Of a stretch of 64,000 nucleotides of DNA, positions 23,449 through 34,454 are shown in pieces; the stretch's first letter is position 1; the number at the start of each line of letters is the position of its first letter. This stretch comes from Actinobacteria bacterium UBA4426 (GTDB lineage Bacteria; Actinomycetota; Actinomycetes; S36-B12), in assembly GCA_002390705.1 (NCBI GenBank), contig DGQA01000038.1:9185-73184 (forward strand), in the 5' to 3' direction. The translations under genes and the position numbers were made by a program. The notes below the pieces were generated by a model that was given only the letters and a program-made list of their open reading frames with translations, had not been told where the DNA came from and searched no databases.

Positions 23449-24621
23449 GTGAGCCACCTTCCCAATGAGGAGTTGATCTCTGCGGCAGCGGGTGAACTGG
23501 GCCAAGCGGGAGCCAGCGAACTGGGGGTAATCGCCTCCCTGCGTGCCCAAGGCCATGAGCCTGAGGCGGTAAGGGCAGCTATCGAACAGTGTGAACTGCG
23601 CTCAAAAGCTGGCATTGCCTGGAAGCCCGGAGGGCAGACCCGCCAGCATTGGTTGCTCACCCGAGACGGGCTTGAACAGGCCAGCCATCCACTAGTTGCC
23701 CAGTTCCATGCCAATTTGATCGTTCAAAGCGGGGTAAACCACGTTATTGATCTCACGGCAGGTCTTGGCAGCGACAGCGCTGCTTTCATCGAAGCCGGTC
23801 TGCGCGTTACAGCACTCGAGCGCCACCCCGACACTGCCGCGTTCCTCGCACACAATGTGCCAGAAGCGACCGTATTGACCCGTGACTGCACCGAGGTTGA
23901 TTTCGCTCACTACCTGGCCGCCCAGTACACAATATTTATTGACCCAGCGCGGCGCGTGGGATCTCGCACAGCAGATGGTGCCCGCGCCCTGCCCGAACGC
24001 GACCCCGAACGCTGGTCCCCGTCCCTGTCCTTTGTCACAGCTCTCGCCGACAGATTCCAGATCTACATGAAAGCCGCCCCTGCATTTGCTCCGCCCCGAG
24101 GTTGGGCCTCATTCATGATCAGCGTCGACGGGACCCTGATCGAAATGTTCACTACAAATGCGATGACCGGGGTCCACGCGGTGATGATCGATTCACGCAC
24201 CGAGCAAGCAAATGTCATCTCGACTTCCCCAAACCCGACAAAAAGTGTGGCGAACGATATTTGCATTGGTGGCTTTCTCTATGAACTTGATCCAGCAATC
24301 ACTCGCGCAGGGCTCAGCCAACAGGTCGCCGGTGAACTGGGTGTGAGTCCTGTCGGTGAAAAGGGGATTTGGCTTTTTGGTACTTCGAGCGTCCCATTTG
24401 CCCACGCACGGCAATACGAGGTACACGACCACTTCCCGATCAAGGATGTGAAATCTCGGGTGGCGCATTTACCCGGAATCGCAATCAAAACAAAGGACTC
24501 ACGGCGGGGACTCAAGGAATTGCGCAAAGCTTCCGGCAAAGGAGATCACAATGATTGGGCGATAGTGGTCCTGGGATCAGGGGCTAGCGAGCTGGCGGTC
24601 TTAGTGCAGCGGGAACCGTGA
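23449..24621 (+). CDS. Class I SAM-dependent methyltransferase (THUMP-like-domain family)
   Basis: 390 aa. SAM motif I VIDLTAGLGSDSAAF followed by an acidic residue (ALERH). Overall layout matches conserved actinobacterial methyltransferases; substrate unknown. Confidence 0.6.
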   Translation: MSHLPNEELISAAAGELGQAGASELGVIASLRAQGHEPEAVRAAIEQCELRSKAGIAWKPGGQTRQHWLLTRDGLEQASHPLVAQFHANLIVQSGVNHVIDLTAGLGSDSAAFIEAGLRVTALERHPDTAAFLAHNVPEATVLTRDCTEVDFAHYLAAQYTIFIDPARRVGSRTADGARALPERDPERWSPSLSFVTALADRFQIYMKAAPAFAPPRGWASFMISVDGTLIEMFTTNAMTGVHAVMIDSRTEQANVISTSPNPTKSVANDICIGGFLYELDPAITRAGLSQQVAGELGVSPVGEKGIWLFGTSSVPFAHARQYEVHDHFPIKDVKSRVAHLPGIAIKTKDSRRGLKELRKASGKGDHNDWAIVVLGSGASELAVLVQREP

Positions 24622-24823
24622 GAATTTCGGCGACCATGCTTTCCCGGGGTAGGTAGCCCGCCAAATTCACCAAGGTGAGTCCCGCATCACGGATTTTCTT
24701 CACGGCAATTTCATATCGCGTATTTACGTGAGGGAAAAATGCATCACATCTATGGATTAGTCACAAGCGCACCGTCAGTGTGACCGGAAATCCGGTACCC
24801 ACATCCGCCCACTGGGGGTCAGA

Positions 24824-25858
24824 CTAGAAATGAACTCGATCAACTGCCAATGTCGACGTGACGGGAAAGTCCACTGGCGAAGGGGCCGCCCCAATTCGGA
24901 CCAGATGTGAGCCCAACGCCGCAACCATAGCTCCATTATCGGTACACAACCCTGCACTTGGCACCCGTAATTCGATCCCTGCGACAGCACAACGCTCTGC
25001 CGCTAAAGCGCGCAAGCGTGAATTAGCCGCCACTCCCCCCGCAATCACCAAGTGCGGGGCGTCTTGGGCAACAGCAGCCATGACCGCTTTGCTGGTCAAG
25101 ATATCTGCAATCGCCTCCTGCACCGATGCGGCAACGTCTGGAACCGAAATCGTGTTACCCGCCCGCTGTTGTTCTTTGACCCACCGGGCCACAGCAGTCT
25201 TAAGTCCAGAGAATGAAAAATTAAAGGCGTGAACCGGATCTGTTCGAAGGGCCCGTGGGAAATCAATCGAATCGCGATCACCACTTTGGGCTGCTTGGTC
25301 AATCATGGGTCCGCCAGGAAATGGCAATCCGAGTAGCCGCGCAACCTTGTCGAATGCCTCTCCAGCCGCGTCATCAAGTGTGTGGCCAAGTGCCTCAAAG
25401 TTTCCATCACTTACGCTTATTAAGGATGAATGACCGCCGGACACCAACAATCCAACTACGGGTTCAGGAAGGGGTCCGTGTTCAAGCTCATCCACCATCA
25501 CATGCGCTGCCAAATGATTGACACCAAAAATCGGTATACCCAGTCCCAAGGCGATCGCCTTAGCAGATGCAACCCCAACAATCAGCGCACCGACCAGACC
25601 GGGGCCTGCAGTGACCGCTACTGCATCAATATCTGACATAGAAATTCTTGCCTGTGAACAGGCAAGATCAATTGTGGGCAACATCGCTTCCAGATGAGCC
25701 CGGCTAGCCACCTCGGGAACTACTCCACCAAATCGGGCGTGCTCCGGGGCACTTGATGCCAAGGCATTAGCCAAAAGATCTCTACCGCGAACAATCCCAA
25801 TCCCTGTTTCATCACATGAAGTCTCAATGCCAAGAATTAATGGTTCATCAGAACTCAT
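24824..25858 (-). CDS. tsaD: tRNA N6-adenosine threonylcarbamoyltransferase
   Basis: 344 aa. GIETSCDET and NHLAAH metal-binding motif. In a cluster with rimI, tsaB and tsaE. Confidence 0.95.
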   Translation of the reverse strand: MSSDEPLILGIETSCDETGIGIVRGRDLLANALASSAPEHARFGGVVPEVASRAHLEAMLPTIDLACSQARISMSDIDAVAVTAGPGLVGALIVGVASAKAIALGLGIPIFGVNHLAAHVMVDELEHGPLPEPVVGLLVSGGHSSLISVSDGNFEALGHTLDDAAGEAFDKVARLLGLPFPGGPMIDQAAQSGDRDSIDFPRALRTDPVHAFNFSFSGLKTAVARWVKEQQRAGNTISVPDVAASVQEAIADILTSKAVMAAVAQDAPHLVIAGGVAANSRLRALAAERCAVAGIELRVPSAGLCTDNGAMVAALGSHLVRIGAAPSPVDFPVTSTLAVDRVHF

Positions 25859-26319
25859 GGGGAACTCTCGCGATCATCGCGACGCAGAATCACGGCATCA
25901 GTTCCGTCGGGGTAGTACTTAGCCCGCTTGCTAATCTCCACAAAGCCAAATGATGAATACATGGAAAGCGCACTCGTATTATCACTGCGTACCTCAAGAA
26001 AAATATAGGTCACACCCAAATCACGCGAAAGATCAACCAATTGATCAAGTAACTTTCGACCGATGCCTTGTCTTTGAAAGGAATCTGAAATAGCAATTGT
26101 CTGAATGTCCGCATCGTTACCGGAGATACTGAGCCCCGCATACCCGCACAGTTCACCGGCACTCTCGACAACAAAATAGTGATTATGAAGCTGGGCTAAC
26201 TCCCGCCACCATTGGTCAATTGACCAAGGGTCCCGCGGGAACAGTGCCTGCTCGAGTGCGTCGACCGCGTCAATATCCCACCAGCGCATAGACCGAACCT
26301 CAATTACTGAAGTCGTCAT
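25855..26319 (-). CDS. rimI: Ribosomal-protein-alanine N-acetyltransferase (GNAT)
   Basis: 154 aa. GNAT acetyl-CoA motif [10 protein letters not shown]. Conserved position between tsaB and tsaD, with 4-nt overlaps on both sides. Confidence 0.85.
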   Translation of the reverse strand: MTTSVIEVRSMRWWDIDAVDALEQALFPRDPWSIDQWWRELAQLHNHYFVVESAGELCGYAGLSISGNDADIQTIAISDSFQRQGIGRKLLDQLVDLSRDLGVTYIFLEVRSDNTSALSMYSSFGFVEISKRAKYYPDGTDAVILRRDDRESSP

Positions 26320-26912
26320 AAGGAGACCGGGGCACTCGGCTGAGCATCAGCTTCTCGCAAATACATGGGAGAAACTTCGTGGCGGTCTCCACGTTCAGCA
26401 CGCGCCGCGATATCAATCGCGTGGGGCAACACCCCACTGATCAAAGGAATACTCAGGTCAGCAGCCAAAGATGTAACCGTCTGGATGCTCTCAACCCTTG
26501 GACCCGAGAGCCTGTTTCCGCGACCGTCAAATCTTGCCCAGTAATACTCCTTGCGGCGAGCATCTGTTGCTGCAATAAATTCACTCCCGGGTGCAACGAG
26601 AGTCTCGCGAATAATTAAGTTGGCAGCGGCATCTAAGGAACACACACCGGTTACCGGTACCGACCATGCTGCCGACAGCCCTTGCGCAAAAGCAATTCCC
26701 ACTCGCAACCCCGTGAATGGACCGGGACCAATCCCGCACGCAATCAGTTCGGGTAGGTAATGTGCATCGAGACTTAGTTGTGTGAACAAAGATCCGATTG
26801 CTTCAACATGCCCGCGAGCATCGTTATGACTCGCCATCGAAATTGCTGTGCCTGAGTCAACAAGCGCGATAGAACTCAATGCCGTTGACGTGTCTACCGC
26901 AAGGATCATCAT
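26316..26912 (-). CDS. tsaB: tRNA threonylcarbamoyladenosine biosynthesis protein TsaB
   Basis: 198 aa. ILAVDTST N-terminus and GPGPFTGLRVG, typical of TsaB/YeaZ. Confidence 0.9.
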   Translation of the reverse strand: MMILAVDTSTALSSIALVDSGTAISMASHNDARGHVEAIGSLFTQLSLDAHYLPELIACGIGPGPFTGLRVGIAFAQGLSAAWSVPVTGVCSLDAAANLIIRETLVAPGSEFIAATDARRKEYYWARFDGRGNRLSGPRVESIQTVTSLAADLSIPLISGVLPHAIDIAARAERGDRHEVSPMYLREADAQPSAPVSL

Positions 26913-27388
26913 GCGAGCACCGGTTCAATCCGCCCTAAGAACAATTCACCCAAAGCAGACACGGCAGAGAAACCAACCGTATGCTCAGAGTCAATGCACA
27001 TTTCGACTACGCAATCTCCAAACTCACCTGCCCAAGGAATCCCCCACTCAACTAATGTCAGCGAGTTCTGAGCATCAAGTTCAGACCAGAGGTCAAGTAG
27101 TTGATCGGCCGCACCCACCCGATACACATCAAGATGCAGTAGCCCGAGGCTGGCAACTGGCGGATAGTACTTGCTCATAACGAATGTTGGGCTGGTTATC
27201 GGTTCAGTGATTCCTAGGCCACGGGCGACTCCTTGGGCGAACGTGGTTTTGCCAGCTCCCAACTCGCCGGTGAGAATCAACACGTCACCACCGCGAGCCA
27301 CCCCCGCAATTGATTCACCCAAAGCTTGCATGTCCTGGGCTGATTCAATCTTCACGGTGGTCAAGTCTTTCAATGACTCGATCAACAA
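26909..27388 (-). CDS. tsaE: tRNA threonylcarbamoyladenosine biosynthesis ATPase TsaE
   Basis: 159 aa. P-loop GELGAGKTTFAQG and SPTF motif. The 5' end overlaps the upstream hydrolase gene by 44 nt, so the true start may be slightly downstream. Confidence 0.88.
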   Translation of the reverse strand: MLIESLKDLTTVKIESAQDMQALGESIAGVARGGDVLILTGELGAGKTTFAQGVARGLGITEPITSPTFVMSKYYPPVASLGLLHLDVYRVGAADQLLDLWSELDAQNSLTLVEWGIPWAGEFGDCVVEMCIDSEHTVGFSAVSALGELFLGRIEPVLA

Positions 27389-28421
27389 ATCCAGCCAACA
27401 ACTCGTTTACTTCCTTATGCCGCTCAATCGTCACCATGTGGCCACTTTCAGCGAATACAACAAACTCGGCACCCGGAACCCGCTCAATGATCGCCTCGCT
27501 CATGGCCGGCGGCACCACGCGGTCGGATTCACCAGTAATCACTAAAGTGTCCACCTGTTGCAGTGGCTCAAGTGATTCGAGTGTGTTGTGTTCATAGATA
27601 TTTGGCAAGAATTTAACCAAAATATTGAAATCGGTTGACGAAATCATGTCGGCGACAAAATCAACGGAATTGATCGGAGCAACCGATCCAAATGAATACA
27701 GGCGAGTGATGAGCAGGCCCAAATCTGTTTTGCTCCACCGTGAGTGCGAAAGCGCAACCCCACCTTTTGCTATCGCAACAGCGACACCGGGAACGAGACT
27801 TTGCACAACACGGGAGATCGGTGTGGGCAAACCCAGACTTGATGTAGCAACCGATGTGGCTGAACTTGAAATTAGTCCGACCCCAATTACCTGCGCACCA
27901 AAAATCTCCGGGTGCTGTTCGACCAAAGCCAAAATAGACATGCCACCCATGGAATGCCCAATCAGGATTACAGGGTCATCGGGTGCAAGCTGATTGATCA
28001 CCGAATGCAAATCCCGACCCAGTTGGCTAATGCTGTAATCCTGGGACGCTGCACCGGTGGCGCCGATTGATTCGCCATGTCCCCTTTGGTCGTAGAACAC
28101 CAAGGTCGCCCGGTTGCGTATAGCAAGTCGTTGGTAGTACCAGAAATTGCGATTCAGAGCGAAACCGTGTGGTAGCACGATTGTGACCCGAGAGCCAGGG
28201 AGTCGATCAACCTCGCCAACCAGTACCGCGCCGTCCGAAGTGGCAACTTCGACCCGATCTCCGTGCAACGAATAAAACTCCGCCAAATCAACGTCACTAC
28301 TCGGCGTAGCGCTCAGCCGCATGACGAGTCGCTCTGCGGTAGCCCCAGCAGCAGCGCCGAGGGCCACGGCGCCGAGTGAGAGCGCAGCACGCCCCGCTAC
28401 CTTGCCAAAATCAACAGCCAC
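27345..28421 (-). CDS. Alpha/beta hydrolase
   Basis: 358 aa. Nucleophile elbow GHSMGG, HG oxyanion motif (LPHGF), N-terminal hydrophobic segment. Confidence 0.8.
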   Translation of the reverse strand: MAVDFGKVAGRAALSLGAVALGAAAGATAERLVMRLSATPSSDVDLAEFYSLHGDRVEVATSDGAVLVGEVDRLPGSRVTIVLPHGFALNRNFWYYQRLAIRNRATLVFYDQRGHGESIGATGAASQDYSISQLGRDLHSVINQLAPDDPVILIGHSMGGMSILALVEQHPEIFGAQVIGVGLISSSATSVATSSLGLPTPISRVVQSLVPGVAVAIAKGGVALSHSRWSKTDLGLLITRLYSFGSVAPINSVDFVADMISSTDFNILVKFLPNIYEHNTLESLEPLQQVDTLVITGESDRVVPPAMSEAIIERVPGAEFVVFAESGHMVTIERHKEVNELLAGFVDRVIERLDHRED

Positions 28422-28496
28422 CTGTGCGCTTCACCCCCTAGCGTCATAATTCGAGTTTATTGAATCGAATCGCCCTATCGAATCACATTCACGCGT

Positions 28497-29651
28497 TCAC
28501 AGGTGAACCCGTGGTATCCGCGCACCTAATCGGGTTACTATTTCGTAACCGAGGCTTCCATACGCCAGGCCCCACTGATCCGCAGTCCATTCACCATGAG
28601 CACCCGGACCGAACACGTACACCTCAGCACCCGCAGACACCTCAGCACCCAAATCCGTGCAATCGACTACAAACTGATCCATTGCGATGGTTCCCACTTG
28701 CGGGGCTATTTTTCCGCCGATCGCAACTCCCACCCGATTACTCGCATTGCGCGGGATTCCATCGGCATAACCCACCGGCACCAACCCCACCTGTGTCTCC
28801 CGCTTGGCAATCCAGGTATGTGAGTAAGACACGCCCGCTCCCGCAGATACTTTCTTCAGCGAACTTATCCGCGCAACCACGGTCATCGCCGGGATTAATC
28901 CCAACTGCTCAGACCCTGCGCGCTCGGCATTGGGCGAGAGGCCATACATCCCAATTCCCACGCGTACCAGATTGAAGCGTGAATCCGGATGCCACAATGC
29001 CCCCGCCGTGTTAGCAAGATGCACAAATTCAGGCTCAATGCCGACAGCTGCAAAATCGTCTAAAGCAGCGACGAACACTGACCTTTGGGCAGAAACTGAT
29101 TTACTGGACAACACAAGATCAGGGTCATCAGCACTCGCCAAGTGGCTCCACACCCCGCGAACGCAGATAGTTCCTTCGCCTATCAAAGTCGTCAACTCGC
29201 TAATTAGTGCACCCAAATCGGTAGGGGAAACGCCATTTCGACTTAAACCAGTGTCGATTTTGACGTGAATATTCGCACAAGTATTCGCATCACGAGCTGC
29301 TGTGGCAATCTCAAGTAACTCCCGCAAACTAGAAACAGACAAGTCCACATCGGCACCGACACACTCGGAAAGTGTGGGGTCACCTGGTGTGCTCAACCAA
29401 CACAATAACTTTCCCGTATCTCCCGCAGCCCGCAGAGCCATCGCTTCCGAAGGCAATGCAACACCCAACCAGGTCACCCCATGGGAGCGCAGCAATGGCG
29501 CGACAACGTCGGCCCCGTGGCCATAGGCGTCGGCTTTGACAACCGCCATTGCGTCTACTCCAGATGTCGCTCGAAGGGTGTCGTAATTGCCTAGGATTGC
29601 CTCACCGCTCACCTGCGCCCACGCCCGGTCACCAGCATGTGGATTAAACAT
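28497..29651 (-). CDS. alr: Alanine racemase
   Basis: PLP-lysine motif VVKADAYGHG and C-terminal YEIVTRLG. Start set at ATG 29651 (MFNPHAGDRAWAQV), overlapping the nnr stop by 8 nt (ATGTTTAA). The 83-codon extension in the ORF track lies inside nnr. Confidence 0.92.
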   Translation of the reverse strand: MFNPHAGDRAWAQVSGEAILGNYDTLRATSGVDAMAVVKADAYGHGADVVAPLLRSHGVTWLGVALPSEAMALRAAGDTGKLLCWLSTPGDPTLSECVGADVDLSVSSLRELLEIATAARDANTCANIHVKIDTGLSRNGVSPTDLGALISELTTLIGEGTICVRGVWSHLASADDPDLVLSSKSVSAQRSVFVAALDDFAAVGIEPEFVHLANTAGALWHPDSRFNLVRVGIGMYGLSPNAERAGSEQLGLIPAMTVVARISSLKKVSAGAGVSYSHTWIAKRETQVGLVPVGYADGIPRNASNRVGVAIGGKIAPQVGTIAMDQFVVDCTDLGAEVSAGAEVYVFGPGAHGEWTADQWGLAYGSLGYEIVTRLGARIPRVHL

Positions 29652-31131
29652 TGCCCAACACCTCCCCCACCATCTTTCCGATATCAGCCGCGGTCGGGTT
29701 CGCCACGTGTGCTTCGGCAAGACGCCCCGCCCTCGAGTGAATCCAGACAGCGGCTGCCACCACGGACACAGGGTCAACGAGAGTGAGATCATTCCCAGCC
29801 AGAAACCCACCAATAATTCCGGACAAGACGTCACCTGAGCCGGCCGTACCCAGAGCTGGGCTTGCCCCAATGTCCACGAAAGCACGCCCAGTCGGGCCAA
29901 TCACGAGAGTCCGGGGAGCCTTTGCGACAACAATCGCATTCAATTCACGTGCCGCCGCCCGCACCGAGTCCACGTCCCAGTCCCAGCCGGAGTCATCCTC
30001 GCGAGGAAAGAGCTGACGGAACTCACCAATATGTGGAGTCACAACCGTAACCCCTGACCGAGTAACAACCGCCGCACGTAAGTGTGGTGAACCCGCCAAC
30101 GAGCTCAATGCTCCAGCATCTAACACGAGTGGGCGTGGGCCGCCGAGAACGTGAAGCAAAAATGTGTGCTCGAGATCACGACCAGAAAATCCAGGACCAA
30201 TTGCCCAACCGGTAATCCGCGGGGAATCCGAGTCCACCGCAATCACATGAGGGCTCGATTCAAGAATTAGATTGCGATCAACAAAATTCTCACGCAGCAT
30301 GACCATACCGACCCCACTGTGTTCTGCGCCAAGAACCGTTAGGGCCGCTGCACCCGGAAAACTGGGAGAACCAGCAGCAATCCCCACTACCCCGCGGGAA
30401 TACTTGTACGAGTCAAAATTGTGCGAAGGGGCTAACTGGGCAACTTCACGATTCCCCAATACCTGGAGTACCGGATCACCCTCAAATTCTAAATCCAAAT
30501 CAACCACCTTAATCGCGCCGGCAAATTCTGCGCCCGGCACAAGTACCAATCCCGGTGTGATTGCGCCAAAAGTAAATGTGACATCTGCGTGAACACATGC
30601 ATCGGCACTACATTTACCACTATTTGCGTCAACTCCACTTGGCATGTCCACCGCAACTACCAGCGCCGAGTGATTAATAAAGCGGGCTAACTCAAGATCC
30701 ACGGGGCGCGAACTACCCAACCCGGCGATACCGTCAATGATGAGGTCAAATTTACCAATAAGTGAATCAATGAGACGTCCGCCGGCGCCAAGGCAAGCAA
30801 CTAGTCCTGCTTCGTGACAAGTGTGGGGAACCACGCGATACACCCGAACGCACACCCCGCGAGCGGCCAGTAGCGCTCCAGCAAAGAGTGCATCTCCACC
30901 GTTATTACCTGGACCAGCCAACACCAACACTGAGGTTCCATACACCCCACCACATGATTCGCGCAACATAGCGGCGCAACCGACGCTCAAGGAAAACGCG
31001 GCCCGTTGCATGAGTTCGCCGGGGGCGGTAGCGGAGAATGCTTGCTCTTCAGCCTTCCGGATCTGGGTCACGGAATAGACCGGAGAGCCAATTTCGTTCG
31101 TCGCTAGATCCAAAGTCATTTGATTACTCAA
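29644..31131 (-). CDS. nnr: Bifunctional NAD(P)H-hydrate repair enzyme (epimerase / ADP-dependent dehydratase)
   Basis: 495 aa. YjeF_N motif GPGNNGGDA and C-terminal carbohydrate-kinase-like GSGDVLSG. Confidence 0.9.
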   Translation of the reverse strand: MSNQMTLDLATNEIGSPVYSVTQIRKAEEQAFSATAPGELMQRAAFSLSVGCAAMLRESCGGVYGTSVLVLAGPGNNGGDALFAGALLAARGVCVRVYRVVPHTCHEAGLVACLGAGGRLIDSLIGKFDLIIDGIAGLGSSRPVDLELARFINHSALVVAVDMPSGVDANSGKCSADACVHADVTFTFGAITPGLVLVPGAEFAGAIKVVDLDLEFEGDPVLQVLGNREVAQLAPSHNFDSYKYSRGVVGIAAGSPSFPGAAALTVLGAEHSGVGMVMLRENFVDRNLILESSPHVIAVDSDSPRITGWAIGPGFSGRDLEHTFLLHVLGGPRPLVLDAGALSSLAGSPHLRAAVVTRSGVTVVTPHIGEFRQLFPREDDSGWDWDVDSVRAAARELNAIVVAKAPRTLVIGPTGRAFVDIGASPALGTAGSGDVLSGIIGGFLAGNDLTLVDPVSVVAAAVWIHSRAGRLAEAHVANPTAADIGKMVGEVLGNV

Positions 31132-32974
31132 CGGTTACGGACTTGGCCAAATTTCGAGGCTGATCCACGTCATGCCCTTTGCCCGTTGCCATTTCGCATG
31201 CAAAAATTTGAAGTGGAACTACTGCCACGAGCGGTTGCATCAACGTCGGTACTGCGGGAATGCGAATAATATGGTTCGCGAAGGTCACAATACTTTCGTC
31301 GCCCTCTTCGGCGATTGCAATTACTCGTGCTCCGCGCGCCCGCACTTCTTGAATATTGGACACGATCTTGTCGTGCAAGACCGCGCGCCCTTTCGGCGAA
31401 GGAACGATCACGATCACAGGGATACCTTCTTCGATCAAGGCTATCGGCCCGTGCTTGAGCTCACCTGCGGGAAAACCTTCCGCATGCATGTAAGCCAACT
31501 CTTTAAGCTTTAGCGCGCCTTCAAGCGCAACCGGATATCCCACATGGCGGCCGAGGAACAAGACTGACCGCGCCGACGCAAGTGACCGGGCAAGTTCACG
31601 AATTGGTTCTGCCGTATCGAGTACCAGATCCACTTGGCGAGGCATATCGTCAAGGTCGGCAAGTATCCCTCGGATTTCATCTTCAAACATTGTGCCGCGC
31701 ACTTGCGCCAAGAAAAGTCCCACTAGAAAGGTCGCTGTTATTTGAGTAAGAAATGCTTTCGTGCTGGCCACGGCAATCTCAGGTCCAGCGTAGGTGTAAA
31801 TGACCGCGTCAGATTCTCGGGGAATAGTTGAACCGACCGTATTGCAAATAGCCAAAGTGCGGGCACCTTGTGACTTCGCATAACGCAATGCCATCAAGGT
31901 ATCCATAGTTTCACCTGACTGGGAAATCGCGATCACCAGCGAATCTGGTCCAACAATTGGATCGCGGTAGCGGAACTCGCTTGCAACTTCCACGTCAACC
32001 GGTAGGTGGGTCCAATGCTCAATGGCGTATTTCGCGACCATACCGGCGTGCGCTGCGGTTCCGCAGGCAATCACGATCACCTTATTAATATGTTGCAACA
32101 CCGCAGGGTCAATACTGAGTTCATCAAGTGTAATTCTAAAGTTTTCATCGATCCGACCCAGTAGTGAATCAGCTACCGCTTTAGGCTGCTCGGAAATTTC
32201 CTTCAACATAAATAGGTCGTATCCGCCCTTTTCAGCAGCCGATGCATCCCAATCAATGTCAAATGGCTTGGCTTCAACTACATTGCCATCAAAATCGGTG
32301 ACTACGACCGAGTCCGCCTTCATGACAACGATCTGATCTTGCCCCAGTTCAAGAGCATGGCGGGTATGTGCAACAAACGCGCTCACATCAGATGCTAAAA
32401 AATTTCCATCAGTGCCCAAGCCCACAACAAGTGGTGAATTGCGGCGAGCGCCCACGACGACATCTGGCTGATTCCGATCTACCACCACCAAAGTAAACGC
32501 GCCTTGAAGTCGGGAACAGACCGCCTGCATGGCTAGGGGTAACGAATTCCCTACCTCGGGCAGCGTGTGGGCCATGAGGTGGGCGACAACCTCGGTGTCG
32601 GTCTCGGACTCCAGTTGGACGCCCGCACCTTCCAGTTCCGTGCGCAAAATATGAAAGTTTTCAATGATCCCGTTATGGATAACTGCGATCCGGTCATCAG
32701 AGCTGACATGCGGGTGTGCATTGCGATCGGTTGGGCCTCCGTGGGTTGCCCAACGGGTGTGACCAATTCCAGTGGTTGAACTCGGCAACGGGTCTTCCCC
32801 TAGCAACTGCTCGAGGTTGCCCAACTTCCCGGCTTTCTTGCGTACTTCCAGACCCCCGTCGGCGATGACAGCTAGCCCTGAGGAGTCGTAGCCCCGGTAT
32901 TCCATGCGCCGAAGCCCGGCCACCACGATCTCTAGGGCCTGCTTATGACCAACGTACCCAATGATTCCGCACAC
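31124..32974 (-). CDS. glmS: Glutamine--fructose-6-phosphate aminotransferase
   Basis: GTG at 32974 gives an (M)CGIIGYVG N-terminal nucleophile. Two SIS domains and C-terminal KSVTVE. The ORF-track start at 33019 adds 15 non-conserved codons. Confidence 0.96.
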   Translation of the reverse strand: MCGIIGYVGHKQALEIVVAGLRRMEYRGYDSSGLAVIADGGLEVRKKAGKLGNLEQLLGEDPLPSSTTGIGHTRWATHGGPTDRNAHPHVSSDDRIAVIHNGIIENFHILRTELEGAGVQLESETDTEVVAHLMAHTLPEVGNSLPLAMQAVCSRLQGAFTLVVVDRNQPDVVVGARRNSPLVVGLGTDGNFLASDVSAFVAHTRHALELGQDQIVVMKADSVVVTDFDGNVVEAKPFDIDWDASAAEKGGYDLFMLKEISEQPKAVADSLLGRIDENFRITLDELSIDPAVLQHINKVIVIACGTAAHAGMVAKYAIEHWTHLPVDVEVASEFRYRDPIVGPDSLVIAISQSGETMDTLMALRYAKSQGARTLAICNTVGSTIPRESDAVIYTYAGPEIAVASTKAFLTQITATFLVGLFLAQVRGTMFEDEIRGILADLDDMPRQVDLVLDTAEPIRELARSLASARSVLFLGRHVGYPVALEGALKLKELAYMHAEGFPAGELKHGPIALIEEGIPVIVIVPSPKGRAVLHDKIVSNIQEVRARGARVIAIAEEGDESIVTFANHIIRIPAVPTLMQPLVAVVPLQIFACEMATGKGHDVDQPRNLAKSVTVE

Positions 32975-33082
32975 CCGAGCAGCGTACCGCTGAAGCTTTA
33001 CTGCCTCGCGCCCGATCAACTGTGATTCACGGAAGCCTCAACGGGGATTAAGAATTCCCCACCCAAATCGCCATGGAGAGAC

Positions 33083-34432
33083 TCACAACGCTAATTCTGC
33101 CGTAATTACTCGCGCGAGTTGTTCAGCCACCCGCTGGGCCGTCTCCTGGCTTTCTGCCTCAACCATGACGCGCACTACCGGTTCAGTACCCGAAGGCCGC
33201 AGCAAAATTCGCCCCCTACCCGCCAGGTCTAACTCCAATGATTTGAGTTCGGCTGCCACTTTGGTGTCTGACTCCACACCGGCACGGTCAACCCCACCCA
33301 CGTTGATCAGCACCTGTGGCAATTTAGTCACCACGCCAGCAAGCTCGGCTAGAGATTTTCCGCTACTAGAAACCCGCGCCAAAAGATGTAATGCAGTCAA
33401 GGCACCGTCGCCGGTCGTTCCAAATTCACTCATGACAATGTGTCCGCTTTGCTCCCCACCAAGAACATAGCCATCCTCACGCATCAATTCCAGAACATAA
33501 CGGTCACCGACCGCTGTTGAAATCACTGTGATCCCCGCAGCATCCATTGCTCGATTAAAACCAAGATTTGCCATCACCGTAGAGACAACGGTGTCGTGAG
33601 TCAAAGTGCCAGCCGCGGCCATGGAGATAGCCAGGATTCCCAGAATGTGGTCACCGTCAACGTCATTACCCAGCGCATCAATTGCTAGGCAGCGATCGGC
33701 ATCACCGTCAAATGCGATACCGGCATCAGCACCGTGTTCAACAACGGCAACTCGAAGGTCGTCTAGGTGAGTGCTGCCGCAACCCTCATTGATGTTCAAG
33801 CCATTGGGCGCTGCATGAATCGCAATTACCTCAGCGCCAGCACGACGCAATGCTTCAGGTCCCACAACACTAGCCGCGCCATTAGCGCAATCAACAACAA
33901 CTTTCAGGCCCGAAAGTGAGGAGTCAGATTCTAAAGTCGAAAGCAAATGGGCCACAAAAATGTCGCCGGCACTGGGATCCACAACAACTCTGCCGACATC
34001 TTTGCCCACGGGGCGTTGCCAGGGTTCACGCATTCGAGCTTCAATTGCCACTTCAAGGGAATCATCAAGCTTTTGACCGCCCCGGGCAAAAAACTTGATG
34101 CCGTTATCGGGCATCGGGTTATGTGAAGCAGAAAGCATCACACCGAGATCGGCTTCCAGTGAAGACACCAAGTAAGCGACCGCGGGAGTGGGCAGCGCGC
34201 CAACCAAAGTGACGTCGATCCCCGCACTTGCCAAACCGGCCACGACCGCGGCTTCAAGGAACTCCCCCGAAGCCCGCGTGTCATGACCAACAATTGCTCG
34301 CGGACGGTGTCCGTCAAATTCGCCCGAATCGGCCAACACGTGTGCAGCAGCAACCGAGAGATCCAAAGCCAATTCGGCGGTGAGATCTTGATTAGCTACA
34401 CCGCGAACACCGTCGGTTCCGAATAGACCCAT
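33083..34432 (-). CDS. glmM: Phosphoglucosamine mutase
   Basis: 449 aa. [11 protein letters not shown], phosphoserine loop SASHNP, FDGDADR metal loop. Confidence 0.96.
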   Translation of the reverse strand: MGLFGTDGVRGVANQDLTAELALDLSVAAAHVLADSGEFDGHRPRAIVGHDTRASGEFLEAAVVAGLASAGIDVTLVGALPTPAVAYLVSSLEADLGVMLSASHNPMPDNGIKFFARGGQKLDDSLEVAIEARMREPWQRPVGKDVGRVVVDPSAGDIFVAHLLSTLESDSSLSGLKVVVDCANGAASVVGPEALRRAGAEVIAIHAAPNGLNINEGCGSTHLDDLRVAVVEHGADAGIAFDGDADRCLAIDALGNDVDGDHILGILAISMAAAGTLTHDTVVSTVMANLGFNRAMDAAGITVISTAVGDRYVLELMREDGYVLGGEQSGHIVMSEFGTTGDGALTALHLLARVSSSGKSLAELAGVVTKLPQVLINVGGVDRAGVESDTKVAAELKSLELDLAGRGRILLRPSGTEPVVRVMVEAESQETAQRVAEQLARVITAELAL

Positions 34433-34454
34433 GGAGTGGTGTGAACCGCTCCGA

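Noticed and set aside
24584-24763. A minus-strand open frame in the methyltransferase/tsaD gap (…CDAFFPHVNTRYEIAVKKIRDAGLTLVNLAGYLPRESMVAEIL…). Only a GTG at 24703 could start it, giving 39 aa.
   Set aside because: It reads like a protein fragment and could be a gene remnant. However, it has no credible start or ribosome-binding site, overlaps the methyltransferase 3' end, and is too short to assign by eye. A TBLASTN/BLASTX search would settle it.
29652-29900. An 83-codon N-terminal extension of the alr ORF (MARLGVLSWTLG...).
   Set aside because: It lies entirely inside the nnr coding region, is Trp/Arg-rich and not racemase-like. ATG 29651 gives a normal Alr N-terminus with an ATGTTTAA start/stop overlap.
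32975-33082. Possible glmS ribozyme upstream of glmS.
   Set aside because: Only about 108 nt separate the corrected glmS start from the glmM stop, which is too short for the roughly 170-nt ribozyme. I could not find its conserved core. glmS is probably co-transcribed with glmM.
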